From positions 54,686,001 through 54,750,000 of the forward strand of contig CM052817.1 in NCBI GenBank assembly GCA_028534125.1: a stretch of 64,000 nt of DNA. Direction: 5' to 3'. This document shows positions 1 to 13,139 of the stretch, one piece after another (position 1 is the stretch's first letter; every line of letters starts with the position of its first letter). The translations under genes and the position numbers were made by a program. This DNA is from Lama glama. Taxonomy: Eukaryota. The notes beneath the pieces were generated by a model. The model saw only the letters and a list, made by a program, of their open reading frames with translations. It had not been told where the DNA came from and did no database searches.

Positions 1-443
1 AACTCTTTGACAACTTACGGCATATGGACCTGACATGTCAAAGGAGCATAATAACAATATACATGAAATATCTTTTAATTGGGCAAATATTAAAGCATAC
101 ATAAGAAATACAATGGGACATGACTAATACTCTATCAAAAGAGTTCTTTTTGACTAACATTTCCTGAATTATTAAAACAAAATTCTGGCAGAAGAAAGAC
201 TTGACTGCACACTTTTAGCCAGAGTTTGACAGGTCAGTTTTTCCTTCAGTGTCTCTATCACGTTTTCTTTGCCTTTATTCTGATCTCTGATCAGATTATT
301 CCGGTGTGATCTCATCCAGTGCCACAAATTCAAATGTAATCTTCAGGCTGGTGATGCTCAAATTTATATCTTCAGGCCATATCATTCCACCACCCACTCT
401 CTCACACATTTTTATTTTCTTCATGAAACTGACAAAATTAATA

Positions 444-788
444 CAGGCACACCTCACATATATTGCAGGTTCAGTTCCAGACCAGAGCAATAAAGGGAAT
501 ATTGCAATAAAGCGAGTCACACAATATTTTGGTTTCCCAGTGCATATAAAAGTTATGTTTGCACTATGTTATAGTCTATTAAGTGTGCAATAACTGAAGA
601 AACAAAGTATATGCCTTAATTAAAGATATTTTATCTCTAAAAAAATGCTAACCATCAGTGAGCAAATGCTGGAAAAATGGCACTGGTAGACTTGCTCAAT
701 GCAGGGCTACTGCAGCCTTCAGTTTGTTAAAAAATGCAGTATCTGTGATGTGCAAAAGAACAAAGCACAATAAATCAATGTATACCTG
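444..788 (-). mobile_element. Tigger1-derived internally deleted DNA transposon (TcMar-Tigger MITE, Tigger1a-like)
   Basis: TA target duplications at 442-443 and 789-790. Termini are CAGGCACACCTC...ATGTATACCTG. The body matches both Tigger1 ends (GGTTCAGTTCCAGACC, AATAAAGCGAGTCACAC, GACTTGCTCAATGCAGGG). Confidence 0.9.
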
Positions 789-894
789 TAGTTAGTTCAT
801 TGTTTGTATGTATTTGTTTTTGTTTTGATCTTCCTCACTGTAATATAAACACATTTGAGCTTATTTGGTTCACTATACACAATCAATGATTATA

Positions 895-1740
895 GGCACT
901 TTAGAGTTAACATGTCCAAAACTCTTACATTTCTCTCACATGCCTCTCCTATCCCTGAATCCTCCTCTGACTAAGTATTCTCTGTGTGAATATATGATAC
1001 CAGCAACTACGTGATTACATTAGTTACAAATGTAGGTCCTCACGTTTCCCTCTCCTCCAACATTCCAGTCCATCTACAAGTCCCATTAATTTCATCTTCA
1101 AGATATTTCCTTTAGAGCATTTATTTCCTTATTGTAGACAACTATCACCTCTCGCCTAGATTATGTGACAGTTTCTAACTTGCCTCTTTTTCCTCTGCAC
1201 TTACTAAAATTCATCAGTACAATATCAAGAGCAATTTTATTAAACATAAATCCAATCATGTCATTCCATGCTCAAAAACTTCAATGGTTCTGCGCTATAT
1301 TAAGAATTAAAATATTCCAACATGATGATGATAATCTACCAAAATCCTGTTTGATTTGTGAGCCCTCATTCTCTTTGTAAAGTCATCCCTTGCTGTTTCT
1401 CTCTCTCTTGCTGACCATGTTCAGTCATGCTACACTTCTCTCTGTCCCTGCAGCAAACCACTCTTTATTCTGCCTTAAGATATTTGCATGCATTTTTCCT
1501 GCTTTCTGGATGTTTTTTTCTCCTGTCTTCAAATGGTGAGTTCTCTTTTATCCTTAGTGTCCTGATTTAATGTTAATACTTCAGAGATATCTTTGTTGAT
1601 CTTTTTTCTTTGATTAAACACCCACACCCCATATATTCCTGCTTGCTTCATTTTGAAAACTTATAAAATTAAAAAAAATAGTAATCATAGTAATAATTTT
1701 TGTTTACTTGTTTTTGTCTGTCTTCCTCACTGAACCATGT
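895..1740 (+). mobile_element. L2 LINE 3' region fossil (L2a/c-like)
   Basis: Colinear L2 hallmarks: 'aacatgtccaaaac', 'atcacctctcgcctagatta', 'aaatccaatcatgtcattcc...aaaacttcaatggtt', 'tttgtctgtcttcctcact'. Confidence 0.75.
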
Positions 1741-1783
1741 TGATGTAATTTGCTTGACTCTTAGTTAACAATCAAAATTATTA

Positions 1784-1809
1784 CTGAATTCCTGAATTCC
1801 TGAATTCCT
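1784..1809. repeat. 8-bp tandem triplication (CTGAATTC)x3
   Basis: Read directly from the sequence. Confidence 0.9.
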
Positions 1810-1947
1810 TCTGTCTTGTGATGTGTCCTAAACAAAAAACACACCAGAGAATCGTCCATAGATTTAGTAAATAGCAAGCCATAATTAAAAAGGACTTTTG
1901 GATAGCCCAATTAAATTATAGCCCTACTATTTAGATGTCACATATTC

Positions 1948-2100
1948 CTTTTATTTTTTTTTGAATTTTTTTTTCTGGTAGGGAAGTAATTAGGTTTATT
2001 TAATTATGTTTTTAATGGAGGTACTGGGGATTGAACCCATGACCCCGTGCATGCTAAGCTAAGCACATGCTCTACCACTTGAGCTATATACCCTCCCCCA
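1948..2100 (-). mobile_element. tRNA-derived camelid SINE (Vic-1-like)
   Basis: Perfect 15-bp TSD AGATGTCACATATTC at 1933-1947 and 2101-2115. The minus strand reads GGGGGAGGGTATA-TAGCTCAAGTGG (A box)...GGTTCAATCCC (B box)...AAATAAACCTAATTAC, then an A-rich tail. Confidence 0.92.
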
Positions 2101-2137
2101 AGATGTCACATATTCTAATAATAGCATAAGTCAAAAT

Positions 2138-2605
2138 TACTTCAGTTGCAAGCAAAATTAATTCTAATTAGCAAAAAACATGACATTAATTGTTTCATAT
2201 GATGAGACAAGCCAGGGATTCATTTGAGTCTGGTATGCCTGGATCCAGGGGCTCAAACAATGTTCATGAGTGTTCCATTTTCCTTTTCACCTGCTGGACA
2301 TTACTGGTTTCCATTATGGGATAAAATTCTCGTATTTCCCAAGACTTACACCTGCCAGCCTGGTAATCCCATGAGAAATAAAATATTACCTTGACTATCT
2401 CAGGTAGGTTTGCCCAAGGAGGGTTTTGATGGGCCTGCACTAGTTATTGTCCATTTTGAATAGATAACCTTCCCAAGGGGTACTCCTGTTCCCTGGGCCT
2501 TAGGGCGTGTTCTCATTGTAAGGGCAAACTACACAAAATTGTAGTTAGGGAAAAAGGGATGCTATTAGATGAAAAACAAAAGTATGCTAGGAAAAATAAA
2601 AGTAA
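2138..2605 (-). mobile_element. Old MaLR solo LTR (MLT1J/K/L-like)
   Basis: 'ttcagttgcaagc', 'ctggatccaggggctcaaacaatgt' and 'aaagggatgct' motifs typical of reverse-oriented old MLT1 elements. Confidence 0.65.
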
Positions 2606-5600
2606 ATCATATTTCTTCTACCCACTTCTTGCCAAAAACCACAGCTGTTTCTTTTTTATTAAGGTTTGCTAAGTGAATAATTTAATTCTTTAACAGCTTT
2701 GATAAATGCCTTCTAATAAATAACTTTTTGTTATCCCCCTCATATACGTTTCATCTAGAATGTTTAAGTCATACAGGCAATGGCTACTCTGTTGACAAGA
2801 AAGAATTAACCTCCTTAGTGTTTTATATATGAGACAAAAATAAAAATGTTCAAACAGAAATTTATTATTTAAAGCAATGCATATGGTTGGTCTGTGATAC
2901 TCCTGGAATATCTTCCTACCCAAGGACACAAGGCAAAAATTAAAATTTAACCTTTTAAAAGTCCTTTTGAAGATGAAAAAAATTTAATATGTACATCAGC
3001 ATGATTGGAGTAGAATCATTACATCTATTAGTCGCAATGCTACATTGACTAATGATAAACTAGATTTCCCAGGAATTCATAGATATTAACATGTAGTTAT
3101 AAAAATGTGTAGCAATGATTAAGAGCCTAATAAGATGAAAAAAATTACAATTTTTTTCTATTGTGGTTAGTTGTGTTTTAAAAAAGCATCAAAGAAATGA
3201 CAGTTATAAAAAATAGAAAAATATATTTTCACCATTATAGTCCTTCTAGTGAGAATATGTTAAAGCAGATCTTGCCTAGGGCTCTAACATCCACCCCTAA
3301 CAGAATAATACATTCAAAAACTTTTGTATGGTTTTTTTTGATATTTAAAAGTGGCCTCTTTTAAATTTTGTTTCTATATAGATATTTACAGTTTGTGGGA
3401 CACAATGAATTCAATATATAAATCAGCCTCCAAGAACACAAATCTTGTTGGCTGCCATGTTAGTAAATCAGCTCACCTAAATAATCCTGAAACTTTGACA
3501 ATGATTCAGGCTGTGGGCTTGAAAATTTAGCTATTGCCTCACTGTGAACTTGATCTTCTGACGTTTTAATGGATTGAGGTCCTATTTCTTATGGTTCAGT
3601 TTATACATGTGCATAAACTATTCTGAGCACATCCGAGTTGAGAGCTAAGAGCTGGTGTTCAGGTTTGGAGTCAAACTGTCTATCCTTTGAACTAAGTAGG
3701 GGGATAAAGTGGACATCTAAAGTGTTTTCATTAAAAGTGTACTTACTGCACTAAATAATATCATATATACATTACAACAAAACAAAACAAAGTAACACTA
3801 AAACAATGGATACCTCGGAGATGCTGATATATATCCAGGAATTTCCCCATCTCTTCAAGTCAACTAACTTTATTATTTATTTATTGTATATGCAGTGTGC
3901 ACATGCATGTGTGTATATGTGTGTGTATTAAAACAAAATGAATGTTGTTACTTCAAAGCATAAAAGCAGCTTCCAAGAACATGGACTCTAATGTTTGAAG
4001 CACTTTAATTCTACTTTCTTCTTGTGTTTGGAATTGTTCGGCAATAAATTGTATTCTATGCTGCTTCAGTTATTAGTCTTTTCAGATCTGACTGCACTTA
4101 ATTACTAAAGACATGATCTGCTAAAAGCTACATCTAGAAACAATGTCACTCTCTGTGTTTGGGGTTTGAAAGTTGGACTTAGGTAAAATGAATACTAACC
4201 ACAAAGCTTTGAGAAAAAATTAGTATCGCCATATACTTTCTGTGATTTTAGCTTAAAACAAATTGTGGATGCTTTTTATGTATTGAATATTTATTTTGTG
4301 AACTGCTTAGGTGTGTCTCTACCTTTATTTTATCCTTATCTATGTAACTGACCATAGTTTACCAGATAATTGCCCCTCTGGTATTAAGAGCAGAACTAGT
4401 CTTTTCTGTTCATCAATTTTATATGATAAGCATAGTATGCAAAATGTGAATTTAGCCTTTAGAATGTCAAAGGAAATAAAGGGTGTTCTCATTCAAGAAC
4501 AATTTTAATTTTAGAAATAGTACAGGATCTATTTAGAATCTGTCTTATAGAATTAAACTACATGCTTCTCTTCAGCCCATTTGGACTCTTCCCAGAATAG
4601 CTGGTCAACATGGCTCATAACACATGAGCCCACCAGTTGAGCAGGTTGTGTATTTTAAACCATAGATTTACTTCACACTACAAAGATACCTGGGCTTTAA
4701 TAAATGCCTATGGTAACATTTTTGTCTTGTTTACTTGGGGGGCAGTGAATCGATCCAAAAGTAGCAGTGATGTAAAATTGGTAGTATATTTAGTTAAATA
4801 TGTATCTTTATAAATTAAAGGTAATCTAGCTACTATTGAACAAGGATAAAATTTGAAGAAAAACAAGACAATTTCTATTGCCTTTTTTTTCCTGGCTAAT
4901 AGTATTATTTCTGATGTGATTAATTTTCAATAACATAGTAAGAGACATGATTGTGTTTTTCTCTTCCCTATGATATCAAATATTTTGCTTATGGCATAAA
5001 ATCTAGTCTTAGCAGAAATCCCTGGTTCTTTTATTTATTTCCCTAAGTGGTAAGTAATTTGACAAGGCCAGCCTTACATCACATCATATTAAATTGATTG
5101 AGGCCAGAAAACATGAGAATAAGATATTAACCGAATTCATTTCTGATATGTGATTTATAAGCTAGAGTTAAACTTGCTGATTAAAAGACAACGTAAAATC
5201 AGAGAAATCTGAATGACATCATTCACTAATAGAGACATAACTTTCTCAGCCATTGTACTCCCAATTGTAGGCTAATTGACAAAAATTACTAAAGAATTGT
5301 TGCTATGTGTCATTTTGGCACAGTAATTAATGCTTTATTTGATATAAATCAGATACTCATTGTCCGTCACAGAAGATGATCAGTTTATACCATCAGAATC
5401 TGCTAACTGCATGGCAATACATTGCAGGGTAAATAGTTTATATTGTTAATTATATCAACAGAGTATTGGATTATGTCAGCCTATCCATTCTGGAATATTT
5501 GCTTTGATGGTAATGTATGCATTATACAGTTGAATCAATTTAAAATCAACACTGTGCTGCTGTGTAGATTGTTTACATCGTATTACTTTAATAGAGTACT

Positions 5601-6849
5601 TAACGATGGGAAATAATTTAAGATCGAATGGTCCATAGAGGTCTTCTCTTCGAGTGTAATACTCCTGAGTATTAGAGAATTTTTTTTGTGGCCAAGAGAT
5701 GAAAGGACTGATGCCCTGATATCTGTATTTCTATTACAGTTATGCTGCAGTTGAAAACCATTTTCCCTATAGCTTGTGAAATTTATCATTAAAAGAAAAG
5801 CCACTCATTCAGATAATGTTCTACAGATATTTGAGGTGACTCTCCAAAGAATACATTAAAGTTATTTTCCCAAGTTTTCTGTTAACTCTAATACATATCT
5901 GCAATATACTCATGCTGTCCTGAAGAGAATGCTACTGATGTTACACTTTTGAAATATCAGAATATCAAGTAATAAATCTTTCTTGGACTTACGTAATAAT
6001 GAGGTAATAAATTATTTTTGATCGGAAAAAGTGGCGAGAACTTGAAAATTTCTAACCCCCCCCTTTGCTTCTGGTGAATAAAGAGTACTAGACACAACCT
6101 TACATGTCTGGGCTCAATGACCTGCATCCAGTAAGGGTTGTGCCCAACCCTGGATTTACTCTGCATGCATCTGACCGAAATGAAGCACAAGGAATAAAAG
6201 CCCATATGTCTTACATAACTTACCATACTGACATGTAATATTGACTGTCTTAGTTGCATTTTGTAGTGAATTTAAAGAAGAGAATGAAGGAGCAAAAACT
6301 ATTTTGGTATTTTAAAGACACTTTCTGAACAATTTAGTATAATGGAAATAATGTTTGGTAAGCAGTGAAGGATATTTGGTAAGCGTGTCTCTATGATCTC
6401 TCTGCAAGATTAATTTTGATAATTTAACTTTTTCCAGATTCTTACAAGATTATACCCTTGCTGTGGGTTAGCGCATCTAAACTTGAAGTAAAATTATATC
6501 ATGAGGAAACTTCAAAAAATGATGTATCTATACATAGTGTTTTCATCAGTTATCTTTTTCACTTTGATTTCTTTCAAATAGAAAGGAAGTTTTATTTTAT
6601 TTTGACTAACAAACCATTTCATGTACCTGAAGTATTACTATTTTTAAGGGCAAGAAAAGAATCATTTGCCCATTTAAACATGTACTTCAACTGTATATTT
6701 AATTTTCCTATATTTGTCACTACATACCAACATTTATTTCTTCTATCACTAATAGTCCTTTCAGATTTCTAGTTTTAGTTGGCTTAGGAACTGTTTTTTC
6801 TTAAAGATTTTTGAGCTGCTCTCAATTTTCATTTTTTTTCAGGGTCTCA

Positions 6850-7390
6850 TTACCTTTAGAAGAAATATTTTCAGCACGTTTTCTTCTGCTTTCTGATGGA
6901 GAAAAGGAGGCTAACAGATCCCATCCTATCTCCCTGTTCCATTACCCAGTTGCCTTTGGTTTCTCAAGAGGCAATAGTGGCTCTCATAAGCCTATTGCTG
7001 CTTTATTTATCTGTAAAACCTTTTATCCTCTATCTCAGTGTCCTTTATATTCCCCATTTTATTTTCTGCCTTTACTTTCTGGATCGTTTTCGTGTGTTCT
7101 TTAAATCAAACAGGCTGTTTCTGCAAGGTTAATAGCCTATGTACTTTTTTTTTCGGTCTTTGATCATTTTCTCCATTTCCCTGGTCCTTCATATGGCTCA
7201 TTTACAACTTCACATAAAAGTTTATTTCTTTGAATTCCCTGAAATCAACCCGTGAATACTTCATGTTTTCTCCTCGGCTCTATCCCACTTACAGCCCCAT
7301 TTTTCAATGCATTTCCTGTAGCAGAGCATACATTTATCCCACTGTGCCGTTTTCCTCCTGGGGTTCGTTGGCTGCTCCTTAAGGACCTTG
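6850..7390 (-). mobile_element. Ancient CR1/L3-like LINE ORF2 fossil (region just after the APE endonuclease domain)
   Basis: The minus strand from 7099 translates EHTKTIQKVKAENKMGNIKDTEIEDKRFYR*IKQQ, resembling the CR1 ORF2 IRKAKA(Q/E)xE...KDxKxNKKxF(F/Y)KYI segment. Upstream RVDFREFKE resembles CR1 (K/R)ADFxxFRE. Confidence 0.6.
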
Positions 7391-8689
7391 TGTAGGATTT
7401 TTGTTTGGGACCAACAGATCCAGATACTATTCAGAATGAAAGCTCTTCAGCTGTTTTATTTTATTTCAAGCCTATTTCTTGTGAGGCCATAGCAAACTTT
7501 TCAAAATGACTTTTACCTCTTCCTCACCACACCAGAGTTAACAGAGTAAACAGTCTCAGGCAGGAATGAGCGCTCTCATCTTATGTACTACTCCTGCCAT
7601 GTAAAAGAACACTAGAGCAGTGATCAAAACCGTGTTTTCATCCAGCTGTGTACAGCACATGCACATAATGCTGATGGTTTCACAAAGCTGTTGCTAAACT
7701 TTTAGGTGCATTATGGCAAACTGAGGAAAAAAAATCTTCTCCAGAGACTTTTGCAGACTGACACATGCTAATAATCTTCTTGGACTAAATGAACTGCAAG
7801 ATTGTGTTCAGTTCTCTTCATTAACCACAGAGGATGAATTGACTGAATTATAGCTGAAATAATTTGCAATTAGACTTCCAGAAAACCATATGATTCTAAG
7901 CATAAGGATGCGAGGCTTTGGACTGCATCACACGAAGATACTGGAGAATTACCAACATTGGTGATTTTTAAGAGCAAGAAAGGTAAACTCTTTTGAAAAG
8001 TATGGAATGTCTCGATATAGGAGAATAGACTCTATCTCATTTGGGAATTCTGTTGTCCCTTCCAGCACTATTATTTTTTTGATTTATTTGGATAAAAGTT
8101 TTCTTGATGGTGAGCCAGAAATTCTGTGTAAATTTCGCTCCTGGGACTATGTTCCAGCTGCAGGATGCTGAGTTTATGCTCCTGTCAAAACACTTAAATT
8201 TCTGGAGAGTAACTTATGGACTAAGAGAATCCAACCAATGGAGTCATTGGCTTTTACTCACTTCATTTAGCCAGTATCTCTATTTAACTATTTTTCAATG
8301 CCAGTAAAAATAGTATTTCTCTTAAAAATTCCATATTGATACTTACTTCCACATTTGCCAGTATATACACATATTTTGGGTGAGGAGTTGGATTTTTATG
8401 TTTTTTTTCCCTTCGTTGTTTTCTGAGCCAAAAGTTCAAATTTCTTTATTTTCCCTTCAACTTTTTACTAACTAAAAATGTTTATAGGCAATCTTAAATA
8501 ATGAAAAGACTTGTGTTTCAGTTAAATTTGTGAGTTTCTAACATTTCGTTTCAATACAGGTATAAATAAATGCAGCCTTTTATTGGTCAATTTAGTTTAA
8601 TAGAAGTATAGCAGCATTTATGTTTCTAAATGTTATTAAAAAAGCAAGTTCAAAGTATTATTTCTAATTTTATTCTCTAAATGAAAACA

Positions 8690-8925
8690 ATATCCCTATA
8701 AATATTGTGTATGCATACATAGAATATACAATTTTTGCATAGCATATACAACATAGCAAATTTTGGCAAACACTAGGAAGGGTTATTAATGACTACCATT
8801 TGGTTTATGTGACTAAAGTTCTCCTGAGGGAATAGAAAAGAAGAAGAATGTTTGCTTAACATTATATGCACCTTTATACTGTATCTTACTATGAGTAAGA
8901 ATTGGTTTTATAATTTATAAACTTA
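8690..8925 (+). mobile_element. Highly decayed L1ME-type 3' end
   Basis: AT-rich 3'-UTR-like pattern ('tgtatgcatacatagaa...ttattaatgactacc...'); weak match. Confidence 0.35.
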
Positions 8926-9564
8926 TTTTTTATTGCTGTAAAACAAGATCAACTTTAGTCACTATTGTGGAAGCAACTAATTTGCAGTAGTTTATAATGC
9001 TCCTTTCCTGTCGATTCCAACTAGAGAAAAAGAAAAATTGTTGAAGCATTTGCTTTTCCTTCTGTTACCTCAGGAATGAATTAAAAGCAGAATCAAGTCA
9101 CAAACATGTTTCAAAATCCTTTCTAAATAAGTTATATCAATAAAACTATTCTAGTAACTTTCCTTCTTTCTTATAATCTTGTTTCCAGAGAGTTAGCGTA
9201 GAATACTAACCATGGTAAATGAACAAAGCCCTTAGTTATGTTTGTTTATTAAAAGTCAGGACAGAGGCAAAGGCAGATGTCAGCTCTTAACCTGATGTGC
9301 ATGTCACATTGGAAAGGAGTTCTGTGTGGTTACTGCTGTCTGTCTTTCCTCCAGAAGTGTGTGTAAGTGTCAAACTGAAGAATGGAGGATATCTCTTCTC
9401 CTATCTGTCAACATTGTAGGTGGGCTGAATGGGAGAGTTTGGGTTCTGGTTATCAGTCAGGTAAAACAGGATGATGATGGGTCTCAGAAAGGGCCAGATA
9501 GCCTTCAATCTTGCTTGAGTTTTAGCTGCCACAAACTATTTATTGCAGTGGTAGAGAGGAGTCT

Positions 9565-9860
9565 ATGGAAATCTTGCAATATGACTTCTTACCACTCCTT
9601 CCAACTGACCTCCACCTAGACTCCTGGCCTTCATTATAGCTTTGCAATGAAATCCAGTCACGCTTTTCTTCACTACAAAGACCCTTCCTCTTAGTTTGGC
9701 CCTGATTCCCAAATATACCACTCTACTCAGTCTTACTCCTCTAACAGGAATGCGGAACTTACTCTGCTTTAGTCATCACTGTATGTGTAAGTCTTGGTTT
9801 TGTGTGTCATTCAAAGCTCACCTTCTGCCTCCATATTGTTGGATGAAATTGGAAGATTTA
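9565..9860 (+). mobile_element. L2 fragment
   Basis: Pyrimidine-rich L2 3' pattern ('tcattcaaagctcacctt', terminal 'tgttggatgaa'). Confidence 0.45.
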
Positions 9861-10789
9861 AATGAATGTTGGAAATTTCATAGTAGCTTCAGGATTGAAT
9901 ACTTGATTATCTAATCTGCCTTAAGAAAATAAATTAAAAGAAAATAAATACTAACCTCAGAAGAAAATTAAATTGTTAATTAAGAAAAAAATTTAATTTC
10001 AGGTTTATGCATGGCATTTATATATGAACAAATGACTTTGCTTTTTCTTAAAATTGTAAGTTAATAATCCTGTGTTTTCAAGGCATAATGAAGTCACCAC
10101 ATTAAACCAATACAGTTATCTTCAGCTTGAGTATTGGATCAAACAAACAAATAAGCAAACAGTTTTCTCCATTTTCCATCCAGATCTGTTTCTTCTCAAG
10201 AACATAAACTTCTAAGAAAGTAACTTATGTATAAAGTTATCTTCAATAAATAATAACCACATTAGCTTAATGAGCAGAGTAAGGAGCATGACAGTTTGTC
10301 CATAAAATACATGACTATACAGATAAAAATAGATAAAATGTAGTCTTGAACATAGCTCTAAAATTTGGATAGATATGGTCGCAGTTTCACACTCAAAGGC
10401 TGAGACTGAGTAGGATATCTCTTTTCAATTGCACTTTACCTATGATTTGCTATCATTTAACTGATTCCATGTAAGTATGGAAAAGTAAAATACTTGCATC
10501 AAAAACAAGTAGAATATTGCAGTTTTAAAATGCATGCAAGCAATATAACACAAGTGTTCCACTTTCTGTTTTATTGAGAAAAATCAACAACAATGGATAC
10601 ACAAACCAACCAAAAAGAGTTAATTGGGATTTAGAGGAATTAGTGGTATGTTAATCAAGGAAACTCTTACAAGGTGGAGAGTAATATTGTTGACTGATTT
10701 AAGGAGTTTGGAAAAGTGTTGTAGTGAAATATAATTTGCACCCCTCCATTTTTCTCAGATTGTAACTGAACTTTGTTATTGTTATAATA

Positions 10790-11038
10790 ACCTCCACATT
10801 GACCTTCTCTTTTCAATCTTGCCAACGTATCTTTTGTTCTCTAGATGATTTTTTTTAAAAAGCCAATCAAATCTGGTCACCTTGCTTTATGAAAGGTTTA
10901 TTACATGCAGAATAAACCTAACACTTTCACCATGGGCTGCAACCCTGTAGGGAACTGTACTTACTTATCCTTCCAGTCCTATTGTTGGGCCACTCTTCCC
11001 CTGCCTCCTGTGCTGTAGAAATAGCCATTTTACTTAGT
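10790..11038 (+). mobile_element. L2a fragment, 5' part (interrupted by the L1 at 11040)
   Basis: 'caaatctggtcac', 'agaataaacctaacactt..ccatgg' and 'cactcttcccctgcctcctgtgct' follow L2 order. Confidence 0.7.
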
Positions 11039-11039
11039 T

Positions 11040-13062
11040 AATTAATTTATTTTTGAGGTATAATTGACATATAACTTTATATTAGTTTCAGATGTCCAAG
11101 ATAATGATTTGATACATGTATGCATTGTGAAATGATCACCACAATGAATCTCGTTAACATCTGTCATCATATATAATAACCAACACTTTTTTCTTGTGAT
11201 GAGGACTTTTAAGATCTACTCTCTTAGCAGCTTTCAGATACACAATACAGTATTATTAACTATAGTCACCATGCTGTAAATTATATCCCCCAAACTTATT
11301 TGTCTTATAACTGGAAGTTTGTACCATTTGACACCCTTCACTCACTTCTCTCTACCCTCCACCTTCTGTCTGTCACAACTACCAATCTGTTGTCTATCTA
11401 TAAGCTCTTTTAAAAAGAAATTCCACATATCAAGGGGGCCATGCAGTATTTGTCCTTCTCTGTCTGACTTATTTCACTTAGCATAATAGTCTCAAGGTCC
11501 ATCCGTGTTTTCAAAAATGGCAAAATTCACTTCTACAATGTTCCATTACATGGGTGTGTGTGTGTGTGTGTGTGTGTATACTGAATCGTTTTAATCCATT
11601 CATTTATTGATGGACACCTAGGCTGTTTCCATACTTTGGTTCTTTTACATACTGCTGCAATAAACATAGGGGTGCATATTTTTTTTGAGTAAATATTTTC
11701 ATTTTCTTTGGATAAATACCCCCAAATGGAATTACTGGATCTTATGGTACTTCTATTTTTAATTTTTGAGAACTGCCAAACTGTTTTCTGTAGTGGCTGC
11801 ACAATTTCTGTAGTTGGCTCTTCCCACCTACAGGGAACAAGTGTTCCCTTTTCTCCACATTCTTGCCAACACTTGATACTTTTTGTCTTTTTGATAATAA
11901 CCATTCTAAAATATGTGACGTGATATCCCATTGTGGTTTTGATTTGCATTTCCCTGATCATTAGTGATGTTGAGCACCTTTTCATGTACCTGTTGGCCTT
12001 CTGTGTGTCTTCTTTAGAAAAATGTCTATTCAGATCCTCTGCACATTTTTCGCTCAATTGGTTTACTGCTATTGAGTCACATGATTTCTTTAGATATTTT
12101 GGATATTAACCCCTTATCAGATATTTGATTTGCAAATATTTCCTCCCATTCAGTATGTTGACTTTGCCTTTTTTGGATGGTTTTCTTTGTTGTGCAGAAG
12201 CTTTTTAGTTTGATGTAGTTCCACTTTTTAAATTTTTGGTTTTGTTGCTTTTGCTTTTGGGATTAAATCCACAAAGTCATCACCAAGACTGAGATCAAGG
12301 AGTCCCCTTTACCACTTATTTTTCCGTCTAAGAGTTTTATGGTTTCAGGCCTTACATTCAAGTCTTCAATCCACTTAGAGTTAACTTTTTGTATCAGACC
12401 AATTTCATTCTTTTATATACAACTGTCCAGTTTTCCTAACACCATTTATTAAAGAGCTTGTCCTTTTTCCATTGCATATTCTTGATTCCTTTGTCATAAA
12501 TTAATTGGCCTTATGTATGTGGGTTTATTTCTGGGCTCTGTCTTTCTTCCATTGATCTATGCATCTGTTTTTATGCACATACCATACTGTTATGATTACT
12601 ATAGCTTTGTAATATATTTTGAAATCAAAGAACATCCTGCCTCCAGCTGTGTTTTTCTGTCTCATGATTACTTTGGTTAATTGAAGTCTTCTGTGGTTCC
12701 ATAAAAATTTCAGAATTATTTTTTCTATTTCTGTGGTGTATCTCATTGAATTTTGATAGGAATTTCATTGAACCTATATATTGCTTTGAGTAGTATGAAC
12801 ATTTTAACAATATAGTTCTTCCAGTCCATAAGCATAGAATATCTTTCCATCTGTTTGTGTATTCTTCGATTTCTCTCATCAATGACTTATAGTTCTCAGT
12901 TTATAGGTCTTTTACTTCCTTGGTTAAATTTAGTCCCAGGTATTTTATTCTTTTTGGCATAATTATAAATGGTATTGTTTTTTAATTTCTCTTTCTAATA
13001 GTTTTGTTATTACAGTCTAGAAACACAACATATTTCGGTATATTGAGTTGTATCTGGTTGCT
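11040..13062 (-). mobile_element. 5'-truncated L1 (L1MA8/9-like), 3' UTR plus end of ORF2
   Basis: L1MA-type 3' end ('gaggtataattgacatataac', 'aagatctactctcttagca', 'tattaactatagtcaccatgctgta'). ORF fragments 12625-12882, 12525-12746 and 11533-12057 are L1 ORF2 C-terminal ([32 protein letters not shown]). Internal (GT)n at 11554-11577. Confidence 0.95.
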
Positions 13063-13139
13063 GTTTTAAAACCAATACTAATAAAAATTTGCATTAAAAA
13101 GTGAAAATGTGTATAAAAATAATCTTAATTAAAATAAAT

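Noticed and set aside
1948..2100. tRNA gene
   Set aside because: The A/B boxes belong to a SINE with TSDs and an A-rich tail; there is no complete cloverleaf or terminator context.
4086..4182. Possible plus-strand exon (tcttttcag|...TAG|gtaaaa)
   Set aside because: Stops in all three frames and a weak donor.
5583..5804. 73-aa minus-strand ORF with a possible tag|G acceptor
   Set aside because: Poor pyrimidine tract, no good donor, unrecognised peptide.
9340..9466. Acceptor tttcctccag followed by an 8-nt microexon (gtaagt) or a 106-nt exon (gtaaaa)
   Set aside because: Neither length preserves frame, the peptide is unrecognised, and such matches are expected by chance.
11533..12882. Protein-like minus-strand ORFs (174, 73, 85 aa)
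   Set aside because: Frameshifted pieces of L1 ORF2, not genes.
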